54,605 nt of DNA from Callorhinchus milii. Lineage: Eukaryota. Both the position numbers and the translations under genes were made by a program. The DNA lies in the NCBI RefSeq assembly GCF_018977255.1, contig NW_024705317.1, forward strand, positions 1-54,605, written 5' to 3'. This document shows, one piece after another, positions 12,051 through 25,194 of this stretch (position 1 is the stretch's first letter; each line of letters begins with the position of its first letter). Under the pieces are notes generated by a model. That model had not been told where the DNA came from. It searched no databases and worked only from the letters and a program-made list of their open reading frames with translations.

Positions 12051-12825
12051 ATACATTTCCACACGATGAGCCACTTCGTTGATCTTTCATTTGTGGACAG
12101 GTCCTTTAAATAAGTATCTGTATAGCTCAGTGGGCCTTACCTGGTAATAATAACAAATAGTTTAGTTTATTTCATCGTTTTCATTTTGGGTTTCCTTACA
12201 TTTTTGGCCCAGACACATTCTACCTTACTGCCACTATTTATTTTCCAGAACTGGCGATATTCAAACCCTTCCCCTAACTACCGTGTCATTAAATGGCTTA
12301 GCAGAGGCCAATTGAGACTTGGGACCCATCTTACACACCTGCTAGCATCATCAGTCTCTTATTGTTCTTTGCTGCCCTGCCCAAGGTTGCATGTGTGCAC
12401 GTACTCGTGCAAGTTGTACTGACGTGCTTTATTTATTTAAATGTATTTAATGTTTTCTCTATTTTAACTCGAGTACAATATTCTTCATTGTATGTTTTGC
12501 TTTGTAACTTGCTGACCTGCCCCGAGTGGAAATCTGTGATAAAAAAAGGAACATCAGAGCTCATCAGATTCCTCCATCAGGATAAATAATCTGATTCAAA
12601 TAAAGAAAAGATTACGATGAAAGTGTTGAGTAATACAGGTTTCTTTTAATTGAGTAATTAAGTTAATTGTGCTGAAGTAGTAACTAATCGGATGGTGGTG
12701 GGGTAACAACATATGTATATTGACACGATCTAACTTAAGAAATATATTTATTATGGACAATATTAGTCGCGATAGCTCTACTCCTAACTACACGTTAAAA
12801 TACATTTGTTGAATGTTTTGTTCCT

Positions 12826-13050
12826 CTTCTTGGTTCTTTCGGTAAAGTCACGTAGAAGGGAAGTAACAAAATAACAAAAATAAAACATAATAAAATAATT
12901 CTCACAACGTTTCGGCCACAACGCAAAACGTCGTGAGAATTATTTTATTATGTTTTATTTTTGTTATTTTGTTACTTCCCTTCTACGTGACTTTACCGAA
13001 AGAACCAAAAAGATGAATCCCTGCAGTCACGAAAGCTTTAAATCGAAATT
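12826..13050 (+). mobile_element. PLE-terminus fold-back insertion (family A)
   Basis: Inverted arms of about 85 bp meet at hammerhead remnants (ACGTTTC...AAACGTCGTGAGAA). Tail ATGAATCCCTGCAGTCACGAAAGCTTTAAATCGA. TSD TGTTTTGTTCCT (12814-12825, 13051-13062). Confidence 0.88.
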
Positions 13051-13171
13051 TGTTTTGTTCCTATTAAATGCATCGACGTGATGACGTTATCACCGATATC
13101 AAACCACGCCTACTCCTACTCGCTCGCCCCGCCCCTTTAAACATCGCCCCGCCCCCTTCCGCATCGCCCCG

Positions 13172-13596
13172 CCCCCTTCGACATCCCCCCACCTACTTCA
13201 ACATAACACGGCCTACTTCAACATAACCACGCCCTTCGACATCCCCCGCCTACTTCAACATAAACCACGCCCCTTCGACATCCCCCCACCTACTTCAACA
13301 TAACCACGCCCCCTTCGACACCCCCCGCCTACTTCAACATAACCACGCCCCCTTCGACATCCCCCCGCCTACTTCAACATAACCACGCCCCCTTCGACAT
13401 CCCCCCGCCTACTTCAACATAACCACGCCCCCTTCGACATCCCCCCGCCTACTTCAACATAACCACGCCCCCTTCGACATCCCCCCGCCTACTTCAACAT
13501 AACCACGCCCCCTTCGACATCCCCCCGCCTACTTCAACATAACCACGCCCCCTTCGACATCCCCCCACCTACTTCAACATAACCACGCCCCCTTCA
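13172..13596. repeat. 40-bp C-rich minisatellite, about 10 copies (AACCACGCCCCCTTCGACATCCCCCCGCCTACTTCAACAT)
   Basis: Near-perfect 40-bp period over 13341-13580 with degenerate flanks. Confidence 0.95.
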
Positions 13597-13599
13597 ACC

Positions 13600-13866
13600 A
13601 TCGCCCTCCCCCTTCACCCATCGCCCCGCCCCGTTTTACCATCGCCCCGCCCCTTACAACATCGCCCCGCCCTCGCGCGGCGGCCGCGACCAATGAACGA
13701 ACGGCGTTCGACGTCGCCCGTGGCAACCGGAGCCGAGCCACGTGACACCGCGACGGGCCCAATGGTGGAGGGCGGCTCGCGCCGGCGCGCGCTGCTTCCC
13801 CGACGAACGCGAAGTGGAGGAGGAGGTGGTGGTGGAGGTGGGTGGTGGTGGAGACACTTCGTAACT
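13600..13866. promoter_or_regulatory. CpG-rich promoter-like region
   Basis: Several CCCCGCCC GC boxes, CCAAT at 13690 and 13759, RFX X-box-like GTCGCCCGTGGCAAC at 13713-13727, E-box CACGTGAC at 13739-13746, and a possible splice donor GTAACT at 13861. Confidence 0.55.
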
Positions 13867-14289
13867 AATTTTACGTCCTCTTTATAGGGGTTAACGGCTT
13901 AACCTCTTGTCGTTTATAAGCGTTTACGGATTGATAGTTTGAGGGGGATTTATTCTTCCATTTTTTGTAAGAACGAATGTTTATGTTTCGGAGTCGGGGG
14001 GGGTTGCGTGTGTAATTGAACGGCACCCGGTGTGTACTGTGGTGTGTGTCACGAAGCGTAACGACTAATACGCCACAATGCTGCTGCCACATGGTGAAGA
14101 TCATCACCGCGGTGTTAAGTGCCGCAGTGTAGCTGTTGCCAATGTGCGTGGACGCCCATTGCACCCACGACCATGCCCCTCCCTCCTCCCTCGTGAGTCT
14201 CGTACTCGGTGGCGGTCCAGCGAGTCTGACTCCGTGCCCTGGTTGTCGTTGAGGCTGGCGTCGTTATGGATGTTGCGTTTGTTGTTACG

Positions 14290-14490
14290 GGTAAGATCGT
14301 ACGAACCCATCGATCCGAGTTCGATTCCCGCTCACGGCCACCGACACCCAAGCAGTGACGGATTTATCCGGAACCTCGTCACGAGGAAGACAAAGGCGGC
14401 CGGGCGTGCCGTGCTGGCCCTTAATAGGTGCTCGCAAACTGCACTTGCCCCAGCAGTCTGTCACAGGCTACACGGGGGAGCTTTGCCTTT
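14290..14490 (+). mobile_element. tRNA-headed SINE (family of 690/10767), internally deleted
   Basis: B box GAGTTCGATTCC, followed by GACAAAGGCGGCCGGGCGT...ATAGGTGCTCGC...GCACTTGCCCCAGCAG. Confidence 0.6.
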
Positions 14491-15504
14491 AGCTGTCGCA
14501 GTGGCCGCCCCATTGTGTTGCAATTGGATCGGCGCGTGTGTGTGTCACGTGACAGCTCCACATGGCAGCTCAGAGGTTTTAACCTCCAGATGTTGTATAT
14601 AATTCATAAGTGCGCAGTGAATTTGTGTTTTTATTTTTCTATAAATTATTAATAAGCTTTGGCGAGGGGTGGGTGGGGTGGTGTTGGTAAGCATTAGTTT
14701 CACATCTCTGGTTCTTTTAAGCTGGTCTGGTTTGCCCAATGATGGAATTCGATCTCTTACCAAAAAGCAATTTGCGTTAATAAACAACACACATTTGTGA
14801 ACGTTTTCGTGTGTCCTGCAGTGCTATCTTTGTGATAGTCGAACAAGGATTTAGAAACATTGGAGGATCTTGTGAATTCTCGAGTTTATAGGCAGTAATT
14901 AGACGCTAAAGCATCCATTAGCGTCATTAATGGGCTAATTCTCACCATTGATGTTTGACCTTAACAATGAAGGTTTTTTGGCTAGTTTGAGCTTTCGTAC
15001 CTGTCAACGCATACGGTTTAGCCCGTATTCTTGTACAGGGAAATTACGTTTTCAGGTCTTTGCGGAATACAGCCATTTCAATACGGGCACATTTTTTAAA
15101 TCTATTTGTTTGTGTTTATCCGTTGTGATGGGACTTTTTAGGATGAAAATTTAGATGTATCAGGGCACAGGGTGGCCAATAAGGTCTGAATTGGTCTTTA
15201 ATAAGGTAGGGCACTGATAAGGGGTTGACGAGTACGGGCTTTTGTTGTACGGACTTCGTGGCACGGGGCTGAACAACTTTGCCGACGTTTGTTCTTCACG
15301 GCGAAGTTACCCTCATGGTACAATGTAGCGTGGAGCTCGTCAAAGATTGACAAAAATAAATTTGACACTACAAAGAGTTTTTTTTCCCCCACGTCATCAT
15401 GACAGTGTTCATTTCGGAAATGTTACTTATCGTGAGAACTATATGCAATAGCCAATGGTTAGGTGACGACGTCAATGGTATAAGTAATATGAAAAAACTT
15501 TTTT

Positions 15505-15840
15505 TTAAAACACGCTTTAATTAAATGTGCCCGACTAGTAATGGAAGAACTCCACGACTCCAGGAAGTGGCCCCGAAGCTTGCCACAACGTAAGGGGCCG
15601 TGGTGATTTACAGCCAACGTCAGTTGAGCGTGGACAATTAGACCCAAGCCGAAACATAACATATAAAAAGTAGTTTAAAAATATTTTTTATGATAGAATA
15701 TAGTATTGTCATCAGTATGACATAAGTATACCAAGTTTTCAGTCGATGCCACATTGGGAAGTGGGTTAAAATTGAGTTACAATATTTGAGGATACGACAA
15801 CAACAACAGAGTGAGTTAATAGAAAGCGTGTAATAATAAA
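15505..15840. mobile_element. Non-autonomous DNA element (HINE/MITE-like) with terminal inverted repeats
   Basis: Inverted pair ACACGCTTTAATTAA (from about 15509) and TTAATAGAAAGCGTGT (to about 15831). GGGAAGTGGGTTAAAA motif shared with 8595. Confidence 0.4.
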
Positions 15841-17204
15841 TATACATTCCTTTGAAATATTTATTTGACAAAGATGTATTTTTGTTTACGACTGATTAGT
15901 TCTTACCAAATGGTGGAAATTGGAAAATCCTGTCATGGGGAACAGCCTTGTTGAATTACAATCTTAACACAGCTTACGTGAACTTCCCACAAAGTGTTGC
16001 AAATGTTATGTCCAATGCACAGAAAATACTGTCTTAGTATAAACTCATCTGCTGTCTTTAGCTTTTTATGACATGTAAATAAGTGTCTCCATTGTGTAAT
16101 ACGCAGAAAAGTCGGTCTTTAATGAACTTTACATTTCGGCTACCCCATATTTCATAGCAATAATGTGTCATTCGAGTTTTGGACAAAAAACATTCTTACA
16201 TTTAAATTGGGCACGTTATTTATTTTTCTCAGAAGACCCATGAGCTTACAATACAGTACAGGTACATTATTCTTTTTTTTATGCAAGGACACTTGTAAGA
16301 GATGATGTTGTTACTTCAGCGCTGGTTGCATAACGGTCAGCTCCAACATGCACGGCACTTCTCTCTGGTAGCGATTGCTGTTTCAATGAGATTGTCCTCA
16401 CTGTGCCGTCTTTAATCCCCATGCGCCTAGATTCGATGACTGCAGTTGCTCCGATTGCCCCTTTTATAAACCCCCTGGGGTATGATGCCTTCATTACACA
16501 AATGACTACAGGAAAGGATCGCGTGACACGAAGGAAATGGAAATGTCCGAATCCTGACTTTGAACGGGCAGCAGTTGCTCAAAAACGAGTGCTCGTGGGT
16601 TTTTTTCTCTTGCTTGCATGGGCAAAATGTGGACGCTTGGTGGCACACAACCATATACACACCAAGAGAGTATTTGCCTCTACAAGGATGTAGCGTTATT
16701 TTATATTGCTGCCTTTTGAAAACAAAACATAAATCACAAGTTAACGAGCACATCTGTATGTTGTTAAGCCCTGTTGTGCAACCTATACAGTGAAGACAGT
16801 ATGGACAAGAAGGGCTTAATTCTTAATACGCTGTCTTTTTCACGTTCGGTTCCATTGAATCCCATTTTCCTTCCTGTACAATAGAGCTATTATCTATCCA
16901 AGGGAGGGCCGTGCCACAACATGCACAGAATCATTCTCTACAATTCTACAATTAAATGTTTTCTATAACGTGTAAGCAACCTCCACTTTTAGCCATTCAT
17001 TGTATGAAACAAACCCCAGATGTAGGGGAGCAGCTATGATAATTTACATGAATACTATATTTTATTCAGCATCCAAGGGGATATGCCACTGGAGGTGTTA
17101 GGCATGGCTGAGTGGCGATGGACACTCCGTTAAAATAAAACGGCGACGTTTTGCATTTTTGAAGTAAAACATTTGAAGTTCATTTAATATTAATTGTAAT
17201 AAAA

Positions 17205-17432
17205 GGGTGGAGTGGTGGTGCTGTGGCTAGCACATTGCGTTTTGAATCTGGTGAACCGAGTTCGAATCCTAACCATGACTAACATCGGTGGTGAGTGGTA
17301 TTTGAAGGGCAATGGCCCCTACCTTTACCAGCCCACACTGACTGGCATGGTGAAAGTACAGTATGGTTAATAATCGAGAGGCAATGGGATTCCTTCATCG
17401 AGCAGTGGATTGACAAAACACTGAATATAATA
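17205..17432 (+). mobile_element. tRNA-derived SINE with RTE-like tail
   Basis: A/B boxes (GAGTTCGAATCC), CCCACACTGACTGGCATGGTGAA core and GCAGTGGATTGACAAA tail. Confidence 0.65.
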
Positions 17433-17479
17433 ACCAATGGAATTTAATTCATTGCTTATTGAAGAATTTAATTAAGGCT

Positions 17480-18046
17480 GAATTGTTGGGCTCATAAGAT
17501 ATGAGCTAAACAAATATTTCAGGAACAAAACTTGTCAACACACCAGCATGTGTATACCTAAAGAAATTACCGAAGATGTACCGGGATGAAAATTATTAAG
17601 TAAAGAGGCAAGTACGAGCATATTTGAGTGCTTTTATAAAGCAGAACTTGATCATGAAAAGCAGCATATCAGTGGGCCTACAGAAGAAGGTTTTCAATCG
17701 GTTCATATCATCTGCTATGCCATGGGTCAGAAACATGGGCACTGACAAAGAAAATTAAACGAAAGCTGATAAATACGGAGAGAAGCGTGGGAAGTTATAG
17801 GCTTGGAACTACACTGGGTGACGGGAATACATCGCAAAAAAAATATCAATCTATAAAGTTGGTTGGGCAGTACATATTGCTAGAAGATGCTGACCAATGA
17901 TGGAGACTGACTATGGAATGGCAAAGGAGGAAACATGCCCAAGAGGACAGCTACCATGGAGATGGAGCGATGAGGGGACGGCCTATGTGCACAAGTCGGA
18001 TTGATCGTTGCATCTTCATGCAGCAGTGGATAGGTCATGGATTATG
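17480..18046 (+). mobile_element. Decayed RTE-clade LINE 3' fragment
   Basis: Broken translation HGSETWALTKKIKRKLINTERS..RLGTTLGD and 3' end TTCATGCAGCAGTGGATAG. Confidence 0.7.
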
Positions 18047-18894
18047 TTAGAAGGCCATTTGCATTCTCAGATTGTACACGGATGGCAACTGTGTAAACAT
18101 GCTTATTGCATTGCTTTCATTTTGAGTAGATGCGTCATGCGAATGCCAATCCCTGATGATTAAAAAAAAATCTATTGCCAGCCACTTAATGCTGTGTGCA
18201 TTTTAAATATACATTAGAACAAATACATTGTAACACACAGTAATTTTAACATGATACATTTTCATTTTAACCTCCATTGAATCTCTTTCATGTTTATGGA
18301 CTTTAATTGTGAAGATTTTATCATTTTTACGTAGAGTAATTTTAACGTGGAATTGTCGACTTAATTATTTGCCCATTAATTTGAAAACTTAACCGCCTTG
18401 TTCTCTAATTACATCCGATCCTTTGTTGAGCATATAATGAATGCACTGTAGTTAAAATTACATTTTTTTTTTACAAATGCGTGTGTGTGTGTGTTTGGAG
18501 TACAGTATTTCAAACATCAATTAGCAGACGTGGTGGAAGATATCTAAGTTGAAAGATGCAGCGAAGGACGTAGGGAAGTGGGAAGACCACAGCACAAAGT
18601 TATCGGTGAAGGAAACGGTCACAAAAAAAATACAAGGGACTAGGAAGAGATGTCGAGTATTTCTGTACGACAATATAACTGGGCATTATTCATGACGCAA
18701 TATTTATTTGTTCATTATTCTTGTTAAACCCAAGGAAAGCCTCAAGAGTCTTAAGACTTTTATTCAAGAGGGTCCTGTCAAGTTTTCACGGGGGGAGGGG
18801 TGGGGTATGATTCATGCTATATACTGTATATTACAAATGTGTACTTTGTGGATATTTTTTTCAAATTTGGCAAATCTCTACCATAGCAACAGTG

Positions 18895-19068
18895 GGTCTG
18901 CTCTTGAGAATTACATCACGGAATCTTTAACGCCCACGCTGTGAAACGGACGGCACAGATTTTTACTGTTAATTCTCCAGCAATATTAATTAGGGCGGCC
19001 GCCGGAATCGAACCGTGATTCTCCGCAGTAAGCGGTGAACACGCTACTGCTGACCCATAGCACTGCCC
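18895..19068 (-). mobile_element. Deu-domain tRNA SINE
   Basis: Minus strand has a tRNA head with GGTTCGATTCC and the Deu-like GTGGGCGTTAAAGATTCCGTG...AAGAG. A similar motif is at about 53575 (+). Confidence 0.55.
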
Positions 19069-22000
19069 AATAGTCTTGTTACCTTTTTAACGTTTGACAT
19101 GTCGGTGTTCTATTCGTTATGAATGGAGCTAGTTTGTTTGTTACAAGCTTGTATATGGCGGGATGACCATCATGTTGTTTACTTGAAGGGCAGAGTGCGT
19201 CTGTGTTACTACTCCATTGGCGCCACACCAGAATTTAATGTTGTTGCGTCGCTAACCGTGCGACTGGCAAATTTCAATATCCAGTCAATTGAATTATCAC
19301 CGGGCAGGATAGTGGGGTCGGGGTACCCGCTATTTCTGGTGCTTCATAGAGATTGCTTTGAGATTAATTAAGATACAGTCGTGACAGATGGTTGGCTCGC
19401 TTGCAAACTCCCAACTAATGCCTAAGTCTCGTAAGGTTAATGTGGACAGTAAGCTCGGTTAAGACAAACCATGCTTTATGTTTGCATCGCACGCGCCTGT
19501 CATTCTTGCACTTGACACCAATTGTGTATTTGAAGCATATTTAATATCACGCCCATAATTAATTGCGGTGCAGGAATACAATTTCATTAATATTGTTGGG
19601 CAAAAATGCGGCGTATGAAATGAAAGTCGACTTAACCTCTGTAACGCATGGTCTGTAATGTCGAGTGTATCAAATCTTGTATAGCCATTGCTGAAAAGTG
19701 TAAAATCACTTCCTTTCCTCTGCAGTTGCATACAGCAATTCCAGTATGCAGTAAATATATACACATTCCACTAACCTTTAAAACTTCTATATTTCTCATT
19801 TGATTACATTGTTCTTCTGCATTAAACCACCGGAACGCCGTGGCTTTTTATAAAGTGTGCGTGATATTGGGGTTATGTGGAGTGGGCGTGAGGAGGCCGG
19901 GGGTAAGTGCTTTTATCGGGGTATTGCATGTCAGAAGCAGCTGTCCCAGCTGTTGCCCATCCGAAGGCGAGGGGCTGATGCCGGGTAACGAGAGCGTAAC
20001 TCCGTCTCCCTGCGGATTTACAAAATCACTCGGAGCGCGTACGGCCTGGAGCGCAAAGCGCTTGCTCGGACAAAGCACGGCGGGTCTCTGCAGTCCAGCG
20101 ACAAAGGCGCTGATGTTCATGTGGAGTGTCTGCGGCGATAACCGAATATTCGGTGCTTTGATGACTGGTGGGACGATTTATTTGCGTGAGGTTATCTTTC
20201 TAAAACAAATGTGGCGGTTTCTATATCTGGCTTTTTTTGTGGTTTGTTTTCCCTCGGGACTGGCGGCTGTTTTGTGTTTTTCGCTGACAGGAGCCTGCAG
20301 CAGCGAGAGCTTGTGGAGGAGGGCAGATCGTCCATCTTACTGAAGACAAACAATCTCCGTTACCCCCGTGGCAGCAGGTTGGTGAAGTTATAGTTTTCTT
20401 TTGGCGTTGGAGTACAATAAAGAATTACACTGTGTAATTGCTGTTTTTTGGGAAGTAATGTTTACTTGGGATGCATAACATTGAATATCAGTTCCATTTG
20501 CTTCGTCTGGCTGTAGCGAGAGTATTTCCACAGCCAGGATGATTTGTTTCATTAATGTGACTTTGCTAACAAATAGTATTCCAAAACGTTCTCGTGTAGC
20601 TTGTTGGAATTCTCCTTTGTAATGTCTTAGACTGAACTCTTTACATTGTGGGACGGTGAAGGTTGTCGGTGACTTGGAGAGGCCATCATCCGCAGACGTG
20701 TTTACCATGGACAAATAGTTGTCTTGTTAATAAATGTGAATCTCGCCAGACATTAGTTTAAATTCTGCGTGGGCATTGCAGCAGTACAGTGTTAGAATTT
20801 GAGCTTTGGCCAAAACTGTTTGGTGATGAACGACTTGAGAAACGAGCACTTGTTTGGGCCTGTTTTCCAAAGTAAACTATGGCACGCAAAGCATAACCAA
20901 GAAGGGACTTGTGTTTACAGTTTTCTATGGACGCATGGCTGGAGTTAAAAAACAATCATAATAGGCCAATAATGTTTAATGCTTGTACACCAATTATAAT
21001 ATTTAGAGACAGCCGTTTGGTGCCAGATAGGTTTGTTTCGGTGCTTAACAAATGTGAACGCACAGCCCTTTGACCACTGCTGGATGAAGACCTCTCCATG
21101 CCACAGATTGTGATGGGTTATTTGATCGTACCGCAACATTCTGGCCAGTGCATGTTGGTGAAGGGAGCTTGTCCTGTACGTAGCAGCATATAACTGGAGT
21201 ACAACAATGAATAGCACTGCCCTCTACTGCCCACATTTAGATTCAAAAAAAGTTGTCGCGTTTGTGCAAAATTATTGTTTCCTTTTCGTAAAACACGTTG
21301 GACTCTGGAGCGTTTTGAGCAATCGACCTGCTGTGTCGAGCCGCTCTCAACGCGGCAGTGTTAAGAGGCTCTATAATATTACTTTAGCTGGTGATCCGGG
21401 ATCAATATTCAGATGGTTGACTTGTGATCAATAAAGTCTGGAATTTTTCGAGCCCGAGTGCTTGCATAAACACATTGGAAGCAATGGCGATATATTCACA
21501 AATGAATACCGTGAAATACTGTCACAGAATGGGACAATGCATCTCACCACTAGTTAGTGAATTGCTGCCTGATGTGTGCGCTTGGTCATTTGCTCAATTA
21601 AGTGGAGTGGTTTATACAAGTACAGGCTTTCTTTGCCAGCTTTTTTGCCACAAGGCATCGTGCAAGGAGACAAACATTGCTCAGATCGTCGAGTAAGCTC
21701 ATTTGACCTTTATTATGGCGCTGTCGGAAACATTGTTTCCCATGCCTTGGTGCTGAAAGAGATGTTTGTTTTCACCCCATTTTAAAAGTCTGCCCATGAA
21801 GAAAACATGAATGGAAACGTGTGACATCATTGAAGATGTCACTGCGAATCCAGTCCAGGCTGCTTGGACTTTGGCAGAGCATAATTAAATGATGGTGCGC
21901 AAACATAAGCCCACGTGGGAGCACTTAGTTTCGTAAATAATAATCTGCATCTGATATTTGATAACTGAATGGCATATGTGTGGTCTCTCCAAGCAAAAGT

Positions 22001-24127
22001 AGCAGTAAGGTTTGTTGTGTAATCTGAGGAAATCAGAGTTCACATTGAATGTGACTTGGCTGAATGATGTCTTTGTTCAAAATACGTAGCACGGTTGTCT
22101 GCATTGTCTGTCCATGACTGTCGAGACGTAGCCTGCCTAAACTTGTACCGGGCATACGATGCATTCGTGGTCATGTGCATGAATCAGTGCGGATGCTTTC
22201 ACCGTGTCTTCGTCAGTCGTTGTTGGAGTTGAAAGCTGAAGACTGCGAACGTCTTTAGTTGTTTAGAAATATAAGAATTAAGTCGTATAAAAAATATATT
22301 TTTTTCCCTTACTTGGCCCTAAAAAAATATCTTCCTCGGCCTCCAAAGGTAAGGCAGTAACGGGTAATAATTTTCCTGTGGCTGAAACTTAGCTCCACAG
22401 CGACTGTTTTACAAGCCTCAAGAATCAAGTCGTATGAAATATATATTAGGTTACTTTTATCATTTTTATTATTAAATTCCTTCGCCACCAAAGGTATTGG
22501 ACATCTGTGAAAAAGAGCTTTATAGCTCATCGGATTCCTCCAGTAGATATATTCTGATTCTGGTAAGGCAGTACGGTAATACTTTTTCCCTGCGGTTGAA
22601 AGCTTACTTCGACAGCGAGGGTGTTACAAGCCTCAAGAATCGAAGAAAAGGTGTAAAGTGTGCAGCGCTGGTGTCGAGTTAGGATACTGTGAGCCGCTTG
22701 TTAGGCCTGTCACCTCACACGGCTGGCAGGGAGCTGTCAGAAGCAGCTTAGGCCATGCTTGACCAACGTGAGTGAGCATTTGCCATTATCCTGTTATAGG
22801 GTTTGCTGCCAGAGAGTTTGCCATGCTAAACTGAATGTTACATAAGGCTGCACCTAGCAACAACGATTGTTTTTTTTATTAAGTACAGTGTGCGTGTGTT
22901 CACAAGTTCTCTTGAATTTACCGTTCAAGAAAAGTTTGGTTTTAAAATATTTGCTTTCACGATGTAATTCAACGCAGTACGGTTACTCAACTGTATGAAG
23001 GAATTCACTATTGTGTCATACAGTAGTGTACACATTGGCAATAACTTGCACCTTCATGGGGAAGCTAAAACTGCACATGTTGTGTTAATGACGGCCAGTG
23101 TTTGGACAAGAGCAGCCAACACCTGGCCATTGGAATGTTATTCTTGTAGTTGCCCTGCTTATATTTTGAAATTACAGTAATGCCCGCCACATGGATACAT
23201 TGCTGACGCTGCTCGCTGGCCATGCATGTCTCGTAATTATTCCACCTACTTTCGCTAGTGGACTTGGAGCTCTTGAACGATCCGACTGAAAAGCTCCCAG
23301 CTGGTAGAATGCCCTCCACAAGCACCTTTCTATGCCGCTTCCCAATTTCCGTGTACTTCTTATTGTTCGCCAGGCCCTGGCAGTTGTGTGTTTACTCCAT
23401 TGTATTAAAAGTGCGACACCGGCCGACGCACAAGGTGGATGAACGTCGTGGACTTGTGGTTGCGTGCGTCTGTCCAAGTGCTCATCACAAGTCCAGTTCC
23501 GTCTTTTCGGTAGTCGAGAATGAGTACTCCGTCGAACACGTCGGCACGTCTTACCACCGGTTTTTAAAGATATCCATTGCCTGGTTGATGCTGACATAAA
23601 AATAGGTAACCATCAAGCAGCTCTTTATGAAGGTAAGCACCGTGCATTACGAACATTTTGCAGTGCGTTGTATTACACTGGTAGAGGTGGTATTGCCAAG
23701 CAAAGGGTTAATCCATTACTTTGACCACTTGACCATATGCGTGAATATTAATGTTCGATTGCATTGAATGTTTATACCAGGTAAACAAACACTGATTTAT
23801 GTCTGCGGTGACATTTAATTGGTTTAAGTGAAATTTGTGATCATTGGCAGTATTATATCAGAGGCACCGTGGGGCTGTTGAGGTTTACATCGATTTTGCC
23901 AAGCTGTGCGATCGTTTAATGCCCATCGCGTCTCCCACATGTGGCCCGTGCCTCGTTCCAAATAACACCAGCCACAAGGTCACGTCACGAGTGTAAATTA
24001 CTCGCTCTCAGTCTGCGTGTTAGTAATCTTTACAGCGATCTTTAAACGTAACAGGAAACGTACCGTCTTGCATCCGCTTTCCAACACAGATGAGAGGTTT
24101 CTCATTGAGGAGGAGCTGGTAGACTTA

Positions 24128-24932
24128 TGAAGTATGGGAATTGACGGCAGGAACTTCTTGACGGGTAACACACTTTTATTAAATCCTTCAGGTATCACAA
24201 TACAACGTGTGGTCTTCCTTCTTCCTCCGACACACTCCACTAATCTCGTGTAAGCTCTAGGCCTCTGGCTACACACCATACACTCGACTCGTGTAAGCCC
24301 TATGCCTCTGGCTACACAATACACTCGACTCGTGTAAGCCCTATGCCTCTGGCTACACAATACACTCGACTCGTGTAAGCCTATGCCTCTGGCTACACAA
24401 TACACTCGACTCGTGTAAGCCCTATGCCTCTGGCTACACATACACTCGACTCGTGTAGACCTCTGGCTACACACACTACACTCGCCTCTGGGTTACACAG
24501 AGTCCCGGTCCCCTTAGGACAGCGGGGCTAGGTACCGCAGGGCTCTAGGTCTTCATCCCCGTCTTCATTCTTCGCTGGTTACACACTGCCCTTACGCCTG
24601 TGTGCATCCCCTTTTATAGCCCCTGCTCACGAGAGGCGGAGCTGATGCGTCCATTCAGCATGAGCATCGCTCCTTAATAAACCAATCACGACGCACTCTC
24701 TTTACGATCCGGTTTCCCCAGCGCGTGTTAACACTCCTCCACCAATCCCACCGCGCTGCCACCCGGTCACTCCCTCTCAGCATATCACCGGTCCACAGCC
24801 AATCAGTACCCCGTAACCCACGACCCCGCGCTGACCCCTGATCCTCCACCGTCAGCGCGCGTCACCACCTACACAGCCAATCCTCACACACTGTGCATAC
24901 GATCCTTAATCCCAGCGCGTATCACCTCTACA
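24128..24932 (-). repeat. 3' LTR
   Basis: Near-identical to 30504-31308. On the minus strand it starts TGTAGAGG, ends CTTCA, and carries TATAAAA (about 24612-24618) and AATAAA (about 24175-24180). Confidence 0.95.
24245..24498. repeat. 41-bp tandem array (about 6 copies) inside the LTR; also at about 30621-30874
   Basis: Unit TACACTCGACTCGTGTAAGCCCTATGCCTCTGGCTACACAA. Confidence 0.9.
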
Positions 24933-24944
24933 TCACCCCCTCCC
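24933..24944 (-). other. Polypurine tract
   Basis: GGGAGGGGGTGA immediately 5' of the 3' LTR on the minus strand. Confidence 0.85.
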
Positions 24945-25194
24945 ACATAGCTTGCAGCCGGCCCGGCTGTTAACCTACAACACAACATAACGCAACGCAG
25001 TAATAAAGAACTCCCCATCCCAGTGTGCCCCGTAACACAACAACAACAACATAACACAACCTTAAATACGAAGCAATATACAGCCCGACGAACAACACAA
25101 TAAAAGCGAACACCGTAAAACGAACGCGCCAAGTGTCACCGCGACCCACGCAGTGCCGAGGCGCTCCGGCTGCCTCGACTCCGCACGTGGTAGA

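Noticed and set aside
17205..17280. tRNA genes at SINE heads (also about 1170-1233, 14300, 19000-19068, 52220-52299)
   Set aside because: B boxes are present, but there is no intact cloverleaf and they continue into SINE bodies.
23998..24849. ORFs in the LTRs (23998..24474, 24655..24849 and copies at 30434..30775, 31031..31225)
   Set aside because: They arise from the LTR tandem array and U3 sequence, cross element boundaries and carry no domains.
24945..25194. env-like gene
   Set aside because: Only about 250 nt lie between the integrase stop and the PPT, leaving no room and showing no motif.
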